From positions 3,296,001 to 3,360,000 of the forward strand of contig OZ241892.1 in the NCBI GenBank assembly GCA_965203485.1: DNA of 64,000 nt, written 5' to 3'. The DNA is from Longimicrobiales bacterium. GTDB lineage: Bacteria > Gemmatimonadota > Gemmatimonadetes > Longimicrobiales > Gaopeijiaceae. Of this stretch, positions 18,432-31,250 are shown piece after piece (position 1 is the stretch's first letter; every line of letters begins with the position of its first letter). The notes beneath the pieces are model-generated. The model was not told the origin of the DNA. It worked only from the letters and a program-made list of their open reading frames with translations, and did not search any database. The translations under genes and the position numbers were made by a program.

Positions 18432-19637
18432 TCAGCGCGCGCAGATCGGCGGAGCTTCGTAGTCCAGGTTCAGGATGCGGGCGTAGCTCTGGCCCAGGGC
18501 GATGTTGCGGAACGCCTCGTCGGACAGGTGCTGATTGATGCTGCTCGTCACCGCCAGCTCTTCCTTGTACGTCTCGAAATCCTTGTTGCGCGAGGCGAGA
18601 AAGTCGGTCCCGGTCAGGATTCGCTCGGAGTGGGCGTTGAAGAAGTCGACATAGACCGCGCGTTCCTCGGGATGGGCGAAGTAGTGGTCGTGGACGACGC
18701 GCCACGAGATGTCCAGGAAGAGGTTGGGATGACCAGCGAGCAGCCGCTCGAGCAGCTCGACGTGGTGCGCCGCGTCCAGATCGGTCAGCTGCAGCGACAG
18801 ACCCATGTGGACCCAAACGATCTTGTTAGAAGCGTACGTCTCCAACATGCGTTCGATGAGCGGCAGGTGGGCGAGCGGCGCGTCGTCGTTACCCAGATCG
18901 GCATGCACCGACAAGGGAATGCCTCGCTCGCGCAGCACGTCCATGAAGGGCGCCCAATGCTCGATCACCGTGTCCGCCGCGGCCGTGCGATGGTTTCCGT
19001 ATATCGCCTGCTTGACCAAGTTGACTTCGCCCATCCACCTGAACATCCCCGGAAATTCCTTGTCCAACAAAGCGATTCCAGGAAGAACGGAACTCGGTTG
19101 CGTCAAGTCCGGGAACGTCATCGCCAGCGTCAGGAGAAGGTCCGGCGGCGGATTGGCCGCGAACGCGGTCGCGTTGGCGAAGTCGTTGCGCAGCGAAGGC
19201 GCGACGGGGGTCCCGGGGCAGTCCAGGTAGTAGGCGCAGGACGAGGACGCGGGCAGGACCTGTCCGATGCCCATCACGGTCGCGAAGCGCACGCCGGCGT
19301 CCCTCAGGTAGCCGGCCACTTCGTCGAACGGAATGGCGGGTCCGTTGAACGGACGGAAGTGGATGTGGGCGTCCACAATCGACGTATGGGGCCGAACGGC
19401 GCGGTCGAAGCAGGCCGTGTCGGGGCGCTGGGGCGCTTCGTGGCCGGCTGGGCGCGTCTGCCCGGCGGACTCGGAGGGTCCGGCTGTCCGGGTCGTCGCG
19501 TCGGCCTGCGTTGCCGGGCCGGGTGCAGGTTGCGTTGCCGCCGCCGGGTCGCCGAAGCTCCCGGCCGCGCGGCTCGGGACTCCTCCGAGCAACACGACGA
19601 ACGCGAGGATGGCGCCTGGTCGTCTCATGCTCTTCAA
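18432..19637 (-). CDS. Secreted amidohydrolase-family metalloprotein
   Basis: Signal peptide, VDAHIH, GEVN, SVHAD, WVHMG, LDISW, TGTDF. Confidence 0.85.
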   Translation of the reverse strand: MKSMRRPGAILAFVVLLGGVPSRAAGSFGDPAAATQPAPGPATQADATTRTAGPSESAGQTRPAGHEAPQRPDTACFDRAVRPHTSIVDAHIHFRPFNGPAIPFDEVAGYLRDAGVRFATVMGIGQVLPASSSCAYYLDCPGTPVAPSLRNDFANATAFAANPPPDLLLTLAMTFPDLTQPSSVLPGIALLDKEFPGMFRWMGEVNLVKQAIYGNHRTAAADTVIEHWAPFMDVLRERGIPLSVHADLGNDDAPLAHLPLIERMLETYASNKIVWVHMGLSLQLTDLDAAHHVELLERLLAGHPNLFLDISWRVVHDHYFAHPEERAVYVDFFNAHSERILTGTDFLASRNKDFETYKEELAVTSSINQHLSDEAFRNIALGQSYARILNLDYEAPPICAR

Positions 19638-19869
19638 GCTAGCGAACGGAACGCGGCCGCGCTTCCCTCCGATCCTTCATGAGGCGCCGCGTGATGTTCG
19701 CCGCCGCCTTACATTGTCGAAGCCGGCGGTCCTCCGGCGCCCGTCGTCTGCTCGGCCTTGCGCCGGTTTCGGCGGGCTTTGCTTGCCGTGCGGATCAGGG
19801 GCCGCCCCCGCGTAGACGGCATCGTCGCGGACGGTCGGCGCCGACCTTCTCCAAGAGGCCATCTGACGC

Positions 19870-21046
<1,177 letters not shown>

Positions 21047-21134
21047 CGGTCGGCCTGCCAGGAGACGGCGTTGAAGTCGCACGCGAGCGCTCCGTCCGAT
21101 TCCGCTGCGGCCTCTTCGGACCGCCGGGGTTACA

Positions 21135-21935
21135 TTGTCGGATCCGGGGGCCTTTCGGCGCCCGCCGCTCGGCGCGCGGACTGGGCGCCGTTCGCCGACC
21201 TTCCCGGGATACTCTCGACTCGTGAGACCGGAAGCCCTTTTCTTCAGCCGCGCTCGCGTGCGCCTTCGTCCGGCGTTCGCCGGGGCCTTGTGCTTGGCCG
21301 CCTTCGCCGCGCCGGTCTCGGCTCAAGGGTTCGGCATCGCGGCGCGCGCGGGAACCACGGGCGTGGGCCCGGAGGCTTCGTTTCGAGTCGGGTCGGTCGT
21401 GTTTCGCGGCTCATACGGGCTGTTGCCGGTCACCGTCAACGCGACCCGCTACTTCGACATCGACGGGGTGGAGCGCGCCAAGATCGAGTTGCCCGGCAAC
21501 TGGTTCACGGTCGGCGCGGACTTGGCGCTCGGCGGCTTCTTCCGCATCGGCGCGGGCGTGCTGCACAAGCCGGGCGACTTCAAGGCCACCGTCGTGTTCA
21601 AGTCGGACACTGTGCGCATCGGCGGCGAGCCGTACCTGCCGGACGTGATCACGGCGCTCGAAGGCGGCTACTCCTCCCGCGCCACGGTGCCGTTCGCTCT
21701 GATCGGCTTCGGGACCAGCGCGCCGGCCGGGTTCGGCGTCTCGATCGACTTGGGCGTGGCGTTCGCGGGCGACGCCGCGCTGAACCTGTCGGCGCAGGGA
21801 CGCCCCGAAGTGGTCGACACGGACGCGTTTCGGGCGGCTTTGGAACGCGAGGAGAGGCGAGTCGAAGACCGGGCCGGCAAGTATCTGAAGTACTGGCCGG
21901 TGGTCAACGTGCGCCTTCGCTTCGGGTTCGGCTGA
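21135..21935 (+). CDS. Putative outer-membrane beta-barrel protein (start probably nearer 21220-21260)
   Basis: Signal peptide (APVSA-Q), AGTTGVG.E, alternating strands, terminal WPVVNVRLRFGFG. Confidence 0.7.
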   Translation: MSDPGAFRRPPLGARTGRRSPTFPGYSRLVRPEALFFSRARVRLRPAFAGALCLAAFAAPVSAQGFGIAARAGTTGVGPEASFRVGSVVFRGSYGLLPVTVNATRYFDIDGVERAKIELPGNWFTVGADLALGGFFRIGAGVLHKPGDFKATVVFKSDTVRIGGEPYLPDVITALEGGYSSRATVPFALIGFGTSAPAGFGVSIDLGVAFAGDAALNLSAQGRPEVVDTDAFRAALEREERRVEDRAGKYLKYWPVVNVRLRFGFG

Positions 21936-21962
21936 GGCGGCAAGCACGGGAGGGACGGGGAA

Positions 21963-23012
21963 ATGGGCATGCGCCTCTTGATCGGGACGGCGAAGGGCGG
22001 ATTCTGGGCGACGAGCCGCGACCGCAGGACTTGGGACGTGCGCGGGCCGATCTTCAAGGGATGGAAGGTGACGACGGCGCTTCGCCTGAAGGACGGGCGC
22101 GTCATGGCCGCGGTGGCGAGCGACGTCTACGGTCCCGCGTTGCAGGTCACGAGCGACTTGGAGGAATGGCGGCAGGCGCCGGCGGGACCGGCCTACGCGG
22201 AAGGGGGCGACCGGCGGCTGCGCGAGATTTGGCGGCTGGGCGAGAACGCCGGCGTGCTGTACGCGGGCGTCCAGGACGCGGGACTCTTCGCGAGCGACGA
22301 CGGCGGCTCGCGCTGGCGGGCGGTGGAAGGGCTGAACGAGCACCGAACGCGGAACGGATGGCTGCCCGGCGCGGGCGGCCTGTGTTGCCACGCGCTCCTG
22401 TTCGGCGACGAGCCGGGCCGCATGTGGTGCGGCATATCGGCCGTCGGCGTGTTCCGCACGGACGACGGCGGCCGGACGTGGACGCCGAAGAACCACGGCG
22501 TTCCCGTCGCCATCGAGGACAAGGAGCACAAGGACATCGGGACCTGCGTGCACGGGCTGGCCCAGGACCCCGACGATCCCGACCGGCTGTTCCGCCAGGA
22601 CCACTTGGGCATGTTCCGCAGCGCGGACGGCGGCGACCGCTGGGAGCGCAACGAGACCGGCCTTCCGTCGGCGTTCGGCTTTCCCATCGTGATCGATCGT
22701 CCCACGAAGGCGCTCTTCGTCGTCCCGCAGGAGAGCGACCAGCGCCGCCTGCCGCCCGGAGGAGCGCTGCAGGTCTTCCGCAGCGTCGACGGGGGCGACA
22801 GCTGGCAGTCCGCCTCGAACGGCCTGCCGGCGCGCAACTTCTTCGGCACCGTCCTGCGCGGCGCAATGGCCGTGGACGACCTGGAGCCGGGCGGCGTCTA
22901 CTTCGGGACGTCCGCCGGCACGGTGCACGCGAGCGCCGACCTGGGGGAGAGCTGGACCACCCTGCCGGTGGCGTTGCCGCGCGTCCTGCACGTCTCGGCG
23001 TGGGCCGAGTGA
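21963..23012 (+). CDS. BNR/Asp-box beta-propeller protein (sialidase-like)
   Basis: LLIGTAKG start; repeated SxDGGxxW Asp-boxes; FGFP, LRGAM. Confidence 0.88.
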   Translation: MGMRLLIGTAKGGFWATSRDRRTWDVRGPIFKGWKVTTALRLKDGRVMAAVASDVYGPALQVTSDLEEWRQAPAGPAYAEGGDRRLREIWRLGENAGVLYAGVQDAGLFASDDGGSRWRAVEGLNEHRTRNGWLPGAGGLCCHALLFGDEPGRMWCGISAVGVFRTDDGGRTWTPKNHGVPVAIEDKEHKDIGTCVHGLAQDPDDPDRLFRQDHLGMFRSADGGDRWERNETGLPSAFGFPIVIDRPTKALFVVPQESDQRRLPPGGALQVFRSVDGGDSWQSASNGLPARNFFGTVLRGAMAVDDLEPGGVYFGTSAGTVHASADLGESWTTLPVALPRVLHVSAWAE

Positions 23013-23046
23013 CGGCGCGAGCGAGCGTGTTCGCCCGCGCGGGCTG

Positions 23047-23325
23047 ATGCCGACCGCCACGGTTTCGCTTCCCTCGTTGCTGGAGCCGGCGACGGACGGC
23101 GTTCGCGAATTCGCGGTGTCGGGCCGCACCCTGGGCGAGGCGTTCGCCGACCTCGTCCAGCGAGAGCCGCGCCTGAAGCCTCATCTGTTCGACGAGACCG
23201 GCGGCCTGCGCGAACACGTGCTGTGCTTCCACAACGGCACGAACACGCGTTGGCTGGACGGCTGGGACGGGACGCTCGCGGACGGCGACACGATCCTCTT
23301 CATGCAGGCCGTCTCCGGAGGGTGA
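23047..23325 (+). CDS. MoaD/ThiS family ubiquitin-like protein
   Basis: 92 aa with C-terminal AVSGG. Confidence 0.92.
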   Translation: MPTATVSLPSLLEPATDGVREFAVSGRTLGEAFADLVQREPRLKPHLFDETGGLREHVLCFHNGTNTRWLDGWDGTLADGDTILFMQAVSGG

Positions 23326-24968
23326 CGGCGCCGACGGTGCAGGAGGATCGCGCGCTGGAGCGTCGCCGCTTCCTCAAGGCCGCAGTAGTTGCGGGCACGG
23401 CGAGCGCCCTGGGCCCGCGTTCCCTGGACGCGCTCGAAGGCGCCGAGTCGGTTGCGGCGGCGGCCGCGGCCCAGGATTCGCCGCCTCCGCTTCCCTTGGG
23501 CAACGCGGAGCCCCCGGCCTTCCATTTCCAGGCCCATCCGGGCGGCACGGGCGCCCTCATGGAACGCCTTTGGCGCGAACACGGAGGCCGCGCGTTCGAG
23601 CGCGAAGCGATCGCGGTGGATTCCTGGCGCGGCGACGCGCCGGCCACGGAAGAGGACTTGGCCTTCCTGCCCGCGCACCGCCTGGGAGCGCTCCTCCGCG
23701 CCCGCCGCGTCTCGCCCGTGGACGTCGCCGAGATCTACTTGGAGCGGCTCAAGCGGTACGATCCGGCGTTGCTCTGCGCAGTCACGATCCTGGAAGGCCG
23801 CGCCCGCGAGGAGGCCCAGCAAGCCGAGGCCGACATCCGCGCGGGCGACTGGCGCGGACCGCTCCACGGCGTCCCCTACGGCATCAAGGACTTGTTCGCC
23901 GTGGCCGGCACCCGCACGACGTGGGGCGCGGCCGGCTTCAGCTCGCGCTTCACCCGCGAGGATTCGGAGATCGCCGCGCGCCTGCGGCGGGCCGGCGCCG
24001 TTCTGATCGCCAAGCTGGCCACGGGCGAGTTCGCGCGCGGCGACCGCTGGTACCGGGGCCGCACGCTCAACCCGTGGAACCTGGAGGAAGGATCGAGCGG
24101 CTCGTCGGCCGGACCGGGCTCCGCGACCGCGGCCGCGTGCGTGGGGTTCGCCATAGGGACCGAGACCCAAGGGTCCATTGTGTCGCCCTCGAGGCGGTGC
24201 GGTCTGACCGCCCTGCGCCCCACCTTCGGCCGGGTCAGCAGGCACGGCGGCATGGTCCTCGCCTGGAGCATGGACAAGGTGGGGCCGATGTGCCGCAGCG
24301 CGCTCGACTGCGCGCTCGTCTTCAATGCGATTCACGGCGCCGACGAGAAGGACCCCGGCTCGCTCACCGCGCCCTTCCGCTTCGACGCGTCCGTGGACCT
24401 GTCGTCGCTGCGGATCGGCTACGCGGAGGACGCGCCCGAGGACTTCCTGGACCAGTTGCGCGCGCTCGGCGCCGATCCTCGTCCAATGCCGGTTCTGCCG
24501 GAAGGCCGCTCGAACGCGCTCGCCGTGGAGTCCTCGGCGGCCTTCGACTTCCACGTCGCCCCGGCAGGCGAGCCGGAGCCGTTGCCGGAAGGCATGGACC
24601 CGGCCGAACGCCGCCGCCGGGGACGCTTCCGTTCCGGGCGCGACATCTCCGCCCTCGACTTCGTGCAGTCGCAGCGCCGCCGCCTCCTGCTCATGCGCCG
24701 GATGGACGAGGCCATGCGCGACTTCGACATGTTCGCCAGCGACTCCGGCCTGGTCGGCCTGACGAACCAGACCGGCCACCCAGCCGTCGTCGTGCCCTAC
24801 GGGTTCGGCGCGCGCAACCCGGACGACGACAGTCCCACCGAAATGCCGCTGACCACGACGCTGATCGGCCAGCTGTTCGCGGACGACAAGCTGCTCGGCG
24901 TCGCCCATGCGCTTCAAGGCGCCAGCGACTGGCATGCCCGCCGGCCGCCGCTCGCCATGCCGTCGTGA
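23322..24968 (+). CDS. Amidase-signature family amidase with Tat signal
   Basis: RRRFLK Tat motif; GVPYGIKD, GSSGSSAG, GTETQGSI. Confidence 0.92.
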   Translation: MTAPTVQEDRALERRRFLKAAVVAGTASALGPRSLDALEGAESVAAAAAAQDSPPPLPLGNAEPPAFHFQAHPGGTGALMERLWREHGGRAFEREAIAVDSWRGDAPATEEDLAFLPAHRLGALLRARRVSPVDVAEIYLERLKRYDPALLCAVTILEGRAREEAQQAEADIRAGDWRGPLHGVPYGIKDLFAVAGTRTTWGAAGFSSRFTREDSEIAARLRRAGAVLIAKLATGEFARGDRWYRGRTLNPWNLEEGSSGSSAGPGSATAAACVGFAIGTETQGSIVSPSRRCGLTALRPTFGRVSRHGGMVLAWSMDKVGPMCRSALDCALVFNAIHGADEKDPGSLTAPFRFDASVDLSSLRIGYAEDAPEDFLDQLRALGADPRPMPVLPEGRSNALAVESSAAFDFHVAPAGEPEPLPEGMDPAERRRRGRFRSGRDISALDFVQSQRRRLLLMRRMDEAMRDFDMFASDSGLVGLTNQTGHPAVVVPYGFGARNPDDDSPTEMPLTTTLIGQLFADDKLLGVAHALQGASDWHARRPPLAMPS

Positions 24969-24981
24969 GACGGACGTGCCG

Positions 24982-27900
24982 ATGAGCGACCGACAGCGTC
25001 GGCCGGAGTCGCAGGCCGCGTTGGATCTTCGCCGCGACCAGCCCATCCGCGTCCCATTCGAGCGCATCTTCGCCGACGCCGGCACGACGACCGAGAAGGG
25101 CCGCTGGTTCGAACATCTGTTCATGGCCGTCGCGCGCGAGCTGCCCGACTTTCAGGTGACTGAAATCTGGACGTGGCGAGAGTGGCCGGAACGACTCCAG
25201 CGGACGGGACAAGACGGGCGCGACACCGGCATCGATCTTGTTGCGCGCTTGGCGGACGGCAGCCTCGTGGCGGTGCAGTGCAAGTGCTACGACCGCGAGC
25301 ACCGCGTCTCCAAGCCGGACGTGGACAGCTTCGTCAGCGCTTCGGACGGCGACGTCTTCGACCTGCGCTGGATCGTGTCCACCTGCGCCTGGAACGCGAA
25401 CGCCGAGGGCGCCATCCGCAACAAGCGGCCGGAAGTCCGCCGAATCGACTTCCTGAACTATCTGGACCAAACGATCCTCGAGCTGGGCAAGCCCGCCGAG
25501 CAGAGGGATCCCAAGCCGTTGCAGCAGGCGGCCATCGAGGCCGTGGTGGACGGCTTGGCGCGGCAAGGGCACGACCGCGGCAAGCTCGTCATGGCGTGCG
25601 GGACGGGCAAGACGTTCACGTCCCTTCGCATTGCCGAACGCCTTGTGCCCGACGACGGCCGCATTCTCTTTGCGGCGCCCACGATTTCGCTGGTCTCGCA
25701 GGCCAGACGGGAATGGCTGACGCATTCGGTCCGCCCGATGTCGGCGCTGGTGGTCTGCTCGGACAGCACGGCCGGCGGCAGGGGCGAGCGACACGAAGTG
25801 GGACCCGACGACATGGTGTGCGCCGTCCTGACCGACCCGGCCGCCGTGACCGCGCACCTGGCGGAGGGGGACGGACTGAAGGCCGTCTTCTGCACCTATC
25901 AGTCTCTCGACGTCGTGGTGAGGGCGCAGCGGGAGGAAGACGGCCCGGACTTCGACTTGGCCGTTGCCGACGAGGCCCACCGGACCACGGGCATCGACGT
26001 GGCCGACCGCAAGGTCAACTTCCAGCACTTCCACCACCGGCTGAACGCGGCTCGGCGCATCTACATGACGGCCACGGAGCGCATCTACAAGGCGAGCTCC
26101 AAGGCCAAGGCGAAGGCGAAGGGCTTCGACGTGGTGGACATGTCCGACGTGGACCGGTACGGGCCCTTGCTCCACAGGCTCAAGTTCAAGGACGCGGTGG
26201 AGGCGGGCGACTTGTCGGACTACCGGGTGATCGTGCTGGGGGTTCACGAGAGGCACCTGACGCCCAAGATTCGCGAGTCGTTGCAAGAGGCCGACCCGAA
26301 GGCGAAAGTCGACGAGAACGACCTGCTTCGGCTGTACGGAACCGCGCTCGCGATGAACGGATACGTGCGGGGCGGATCCGTCGAAGTGCCGGATCGGTTG
26401 CCGCGCACGTTGGCCTTCGCCTCGCGAATCAACCGCTCCAAGTGGTTCGCCGAGACGCTTTCGGGCAACCGAACGCTGAAGAGCCAGATCACTCACAAGC
26501 TGGCCAAGGGCGTGCACGCGCTGACGGTCGAGGCCGTGCACCTCGATGCGAGCGCCAGCGCCATCGAGCGCGCCGAAAAGCTTCGCTGGCTCAACGACGC
26601 GACGCGATCCGGCGAGTCGCGAATGATCTGCAACGTCCGTCTCTTCTCGGAGGGAGTGGACGTGCCGGCGCTGGACGCCGTCTCGTTCCTCGATCCGCGC
26701 GCGAGCCAGATCGACATCGTGCAGTCCGTGGGACGCGTGATGCGAAGGGCCGAAGGCAAGCGGTTCGGCTACATCATCGTGCCCGTGGCTCTCGACGAAG
26801 GCGAAGACGTCGCCGACAAGCTGGCGTCGCGCAACGACGACTACCGCGCGATCGGCCAAGTGCTGCGCGCCTTGCAGTCGCACGACGAAAGGCTGGCGGA
26901 AGCCTACGGCACGTTCGTGTCGGCGCACCAGACGGCGCCGAAGCCGGATTGGTCCGCGGGAGCCGGAGACGGATGGGGCGAGCAGTCCACCGAGACGGAA
27001 CAACAGCTTCCCCTCGACCTCGATCCCGTCGATGCCGCCAGCATCTACACGCACATTGCCGCCGCTTCCGGCCTGGGAAAGCCCGGCCAGCTCACCGCCG
27101 AGACCATCGAAGACGCCGTGAAGTGCGCGGCTGCCTTCTTCCGAGCGGACGATTCCGCCCTCCAGTCCGCGCGCGCCGTCCTGGAACTTCCCCGCGCGCC
27201 CGACAAGGAGATCGCCACGGTCGCGGCCCTCCTGCTCTGCAACGCCTGCCTGCTGCACAAGCGGCTGAAGTCCGGTTCGGACGCAATGGCGGACCTCGCG
27301 GGCCTGGACGCCGTTGCCCGCGCAAGAGATCCCGTGGGTCTCTTGACCGCTTCCTGGAAGGCGATCTTGGCGACGGACTACGAGCCCGTCTTCCGGCCCG
27401 CCCTGGCGCTCCTGGCAGGCTTTTCCGTCGCCCCCCCCCCCCCCCGAAAATCCCGATGGGGATGCCAAGAACGACGAAGTGCGCAGGGCCGTCCAACTGC
27501 TCGCGGAACGCGCGGAGAGCTTGGCCGAATCGCTCAACGAACTGGGCTACGATCATGCCGGGCCGTTGTATCACCGAATCCTCGGCAACGCGGAGAGCGA
27601 CGGCGCCTTCTACACGAACAACGTTTCCGCGCTCATGCTGGCGGGCTTGGCGCTCTCGCCCGATCTCGTCGACTGGAGCGACTACAAGGCCGCGACCGGC
27701 CTGCGAATCCTCGATCCCGCGTGCGGCACGGGCACGTTGCTCATGGCCGCGCTCAAGACGATCAAGGACCGCGGAATCGAGCACGGCGCGTTTGACGAAG
27801 GCGCCCTTGCTCAAGCGCACAAGGACCTCGTAGAACGGTCCATCCACGGCGTGGACATCAACTACCACGCCACCCAGCTCGCCGCGTCCAACCTCACGCT

Positions 27901-29443
27901 GGGAGCGCCGAGCGTCAGCTACAGGGCCATGTCGGTGCACACGCTGCAGCACGGTCCGCAACCCGACGGCTCGGTGCGCCTGGGAAGCCTGGAACTGCTC
28001 CGCGACGCGGTGGGGGGCCGACGGCCCGACTTGTTCGGATTCGCCAAGACCGCCAAGATGGTGGACCAGAGCCGCCCCGACAGACACGGCCGCGCGTTGG
28101 ACGTCCGGGACCAGGACGTCGTGTTGATGAACCCGCCGTTCACGGCCAACGACAAGCGCGGACGAAAGTACGACAAGGCCGACCTGAAGCGAATGCAGCG
28201 GGAAGAGCAGGAGATTCGCGACGCCGTGGCCGAAGCCGACCGGGAGGTCGGCGAACTCATCGACTTCAACAGCGTGAGCACCTTCTTCACGCCGCTGGCG
28301 GATGCATTGCTCAAGAAGAATGCCGGCGTGCTGGGAAAGGTCCTCCCGACGACCGCCTGCACAAGCACGTCCGGCCTTGCCGAACGCCAGTTCCTTGCGA
28401 GCCGGTTTCACGTCGAGATGATTGTGACGAGTCACGATCCCAAGCGTCCCAACTTCTCCGAGAACACCAGCATTCACGAGTCGCTCCTGGTGTGCAGGCG
28501 CAAGACGAAGCGGAACAGCAATGCCCCGACGCTCTTCGTGTCGCTGGGCCACAAGGTCGAGCGCCCGTCCGAGGTCCAGGAGATCGGCGATTGGCTGGCG
28601 GCCGTGCACGAGCGGCGTCCTCACAAGTGGCATGCGATGTTCGAATGGCCCGAGGCGCGCATGGCCGCGGGCGATTGGTCGCCGGCGCAGTGGTTCGACG
28701 GAGAGCTGGCCCGCGTAGCGGACGAGGTCGAATCGTTGGGAAGCTTGCGCCCGCTGGGGGAGATGGCCCGTGTCGAACCGGCCGGCCAGGCGATTCGCGG
28801 CGCGCTTGTCAATCCGTTGAAGCACGACCCCCGGCCGATGTATCCCGTGATGTGGCGTCACCAGACGGGCGAACAACGAAGGATGCGAAGAGCATCGGCG
28901 GACCACGTGACCGAACCGAAGGCGGCCCGCGAGGACTACGCGCGCGACACATTGTGGCCGATGGCCGGCCGGCTTTTGATTGCGTTGAAGATCAATCCTC
29001 AGGCCGTTCGCACTGCGTCGTTGATGCTCGACAAGCCCGCCCTAGGGAATGCATGGGTACCAGTCACGGAACGCCAAGGAACGCCACCGAAAGCACAGAC
29101 GATCTGGTGTGCCTTCTTGAACTCCACGTTGGGAACGATTCTCCTTCTGAATCGCCGTTCCAAGAAGCTGACGTACTCATCCTATTCCTTGGACCAGTTG
29201 CGAGCCTTGCCGTGTCCCGATCCGCGTGACGCAAACATGGAGCCTCTTGCCAGGGTCTTCGACGAAATCAAGGATCACGACCTGCTGCCGTGGCCGCAAA
29301 TGGATCAATGTCCTGTTCGGGAGCGTCTGGACGCGGCTGTGGGCAAGGCGGCCGGCGTCGGGCCGGCCAGAATCGCTGAATGGCGCGGGAGGCTGGTGAA
29401 GGAGCCGACGATCTCCAACAAGGAGCGACGCGGGCCGGAATGA
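24982..29443 (+). CDS. Single-polypeptide restriction-modification enzyme (type ISP/LlaGI-like: nuclease, SF2 helicase, N6-adenine MTase, recognition domain), frameshifted at a C15 tract
   Basis: DTGIDLVA..VQCK nuclease; MACGTGKT, DEAH, SEGVDVP, QSVGRVMR helicase; LDPACGTG and NPPF MTase in the next frame; removing one C joins the frames. Confidence 0.88.
27431..27445. repeat. Poly-C homopolymer (15 nt) at the R-M frameshift
   Basis: Counted directly in the sequence. Confidence 0.95.
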
Positions 29444-29566
29444 CGTAATGGAACGGGGCCGCGCCGGTGCCGTGACCCAACGAATCCATCGGTGCGAGTG
29501 GTGGCGATTGGGCCAGCTTGGCTCGCATTTCTTGCAACGCCGGTCCGCTTGTGCCATCGTAGCCTC

Positions 29567-31177
29567 ATGCGCTTCTTCAACACGACCGGCCCGGTGGTGG
29601 CGGCGGACCACTATTGCATTCCGCCGCTGGAGCGGCTCGACCTTGGCGAAGTCCGGCGGATGATCGGCGAGAACCGCTACTTCGTCCTGCACGCGCCCCG
29701 CCAGACGGGCAAGACGTCGGCCTTGTTGGCGCTCCAGGATCTGCTCAACGCCGAAGGGCGCCATCGGTGCGTCTACGCCAACGTGGAGGGCGCCCAGACG
29801 GCCCGCGAAGACGTGCGGCGGGCCGTCCGCGTCATTCTGGGCCAGCTCGCGCTCCGCGCCCGGCGCGCGGTCGGCGACGAGTTTCTGACGGAAGCTTGGT
29901 CGCGCATTTGGGACGAGTTCGGAGAGGGAGCGCTGGGCGAGGCGCTGTCGCGCTGGGCCGAGGCCGATCCGAAGCCGCTGGTGCTCTTGGTCGACGAGAT
30001 CGACGCGCTGGTGGGAGACTCGTTGCTGTCGGTGTTGCGGCAACTCCGGGCGGGCTACGACATGCGTCCGTCCGGCTTTCCGCAGAGCGTGGTGCTGTGC
30101 GGCGTGCGCGACGTGCGCGACTACCGCATCCAATCGAGTTCGGCCGGCACGATGGTGGCGGGCGGCAGCGCGTTCAACGTCAAGGCCAAGTCGTTGCGGC
30201 TGGGCGACTTCCGCCGCGACGAAGTGACCGCGTTGCTCGGACAGCATACCGAGGAGACCGGCCAAGCGTTCGCCGGTGCGGTGCTGGAAGCCGTGTGGGC
30301 GCAGACCCAGGGCCAACCGTGGCTCGTCAACGCGCTGGCCTACGAGATGTGCTTCGAGGGGACCGGCGGCGCGAACGGGTCGCGGCGGATCGAGGAGGCC
30401 GACGTGCTGGAGGCTCGCGAGGCGTTGATCCTGCGCCGCGATACGCATCTGGACCAGCTGGCGGACAAGTTGCAGGAGGAACGCGTGCGGCGGGTGGTGG
30501 AGCCGTTGCTGGCGGGTGGCGGCGAGACCGTGTTTGCGCCGCGAGACCTGGAATACGTCCAGGACCTGGGGCTGGTGGCGAGGGATCTGCCGGTGCGCAT
30601 TGCGAATCCGATCTACGCCGAAGTGGTTCCGCGGGAGCTGGCGTGGGGGCCGGAAGCGAATTTGGCGCAGGACCCGGCGTGGTACGTCAGTGCGTCGGGC
30701 CGCTTGGAGATGGAAAGGTTGCTGGGCGCGTTCCAGGAGTTCTTCCGGGAGCATTCGGAGCACTGGGCCGAGCGCTTCCAGTACAAGGAGGCGGGTCCGC
30801 AATTGTTGTTGCAGGCGTTCCTGCAACGGATCGTGAACAGCGGCGGCCGCATCGAACGCGAGTACGGGCTGGGGCGCGGTCGCACGGACCTGCTGATTCT
30901 GTGGCCGCAGGGGGCCGCGAGCGCCGACGGCGCCGGACAGGGCGGCCGCACGCAGAAGGCGGTGGTAGAGTGCAAGGTGGTGCACCCGCGACGAGGCCTG
31001 GAGAGCACAATCGCCGACGGCGTCGAGCAGACGGCGGCCTACATGGACCGTTGCGGCACGGACCAAGGGCATCTGGTCGTCTTCGACCGCCGCGAGAAAC
31101 GCCACTGGGACCAGAAACTGTTTCGGCTCAACAAGGAAGCCCAAGACGGAGCGAAGATCACCGTCTGGGGGATGTGA
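29567..31177 (+). CDS. AAA-like ATPase with C-terminal PD-(D/E)xK-type domain (paralogue 1)
   Basis: APRQTGKT Walker A, LLVDEID Walker B, IEREY...RTDL...VVECK. Confidence 0.88.
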   Translation: MRFFNTTGPVVAADHYCIPPLERLDLGEVRRMIGENRYFVLHAPRQTGKTSALLALQDLLNAEGRHRCVYANVEGAQTAREDVRRAVRVILGQLALRARRAVGDEFLTEAWSRIWDEFGEGALGEALSRWAEADPKPLVLLVDEIDALVGDSLLSVLRQLRAGYDMRPSGFPQSVVLCGVRDVRDYRIQSSSAGTMVAGGSAFNVKAKSLRLGDFRRDEVTALLGQHTEETGQAFAGAVLEAVWAQTQGQPWLVNALAYEMCFEGTGGANGSRRIEEADVLEAREALILRRDTHLDQLADKLQEERVRRVVEPLLAGGGETVFAPRDLEYVQDLGLVARDLPVRIANPIYAEVVPRELAWGPEANLAQDPAWYVSASGRLEMERLLGAFQEFFREHSEHWAERFQYKEAGPQLLLQAFLQRIVNSGGRIEREYGLGRGRTDLLILWPQGAASADGAGQGGRTQKAVVECKVVHPRRGLESTIADGVEQTAAYMDRCGTDQGHLVVFDRREKRHWDQKLFRLNKEAQDGAKITVWGM

Positions 31178-31250
31178 AGCCCGGAACTGGGGCGGACAGG
31201 GCTTCTACACGGAGGTCAGCCCAGCGTCTTCGAAGTTGGGGCCGCCGTGG

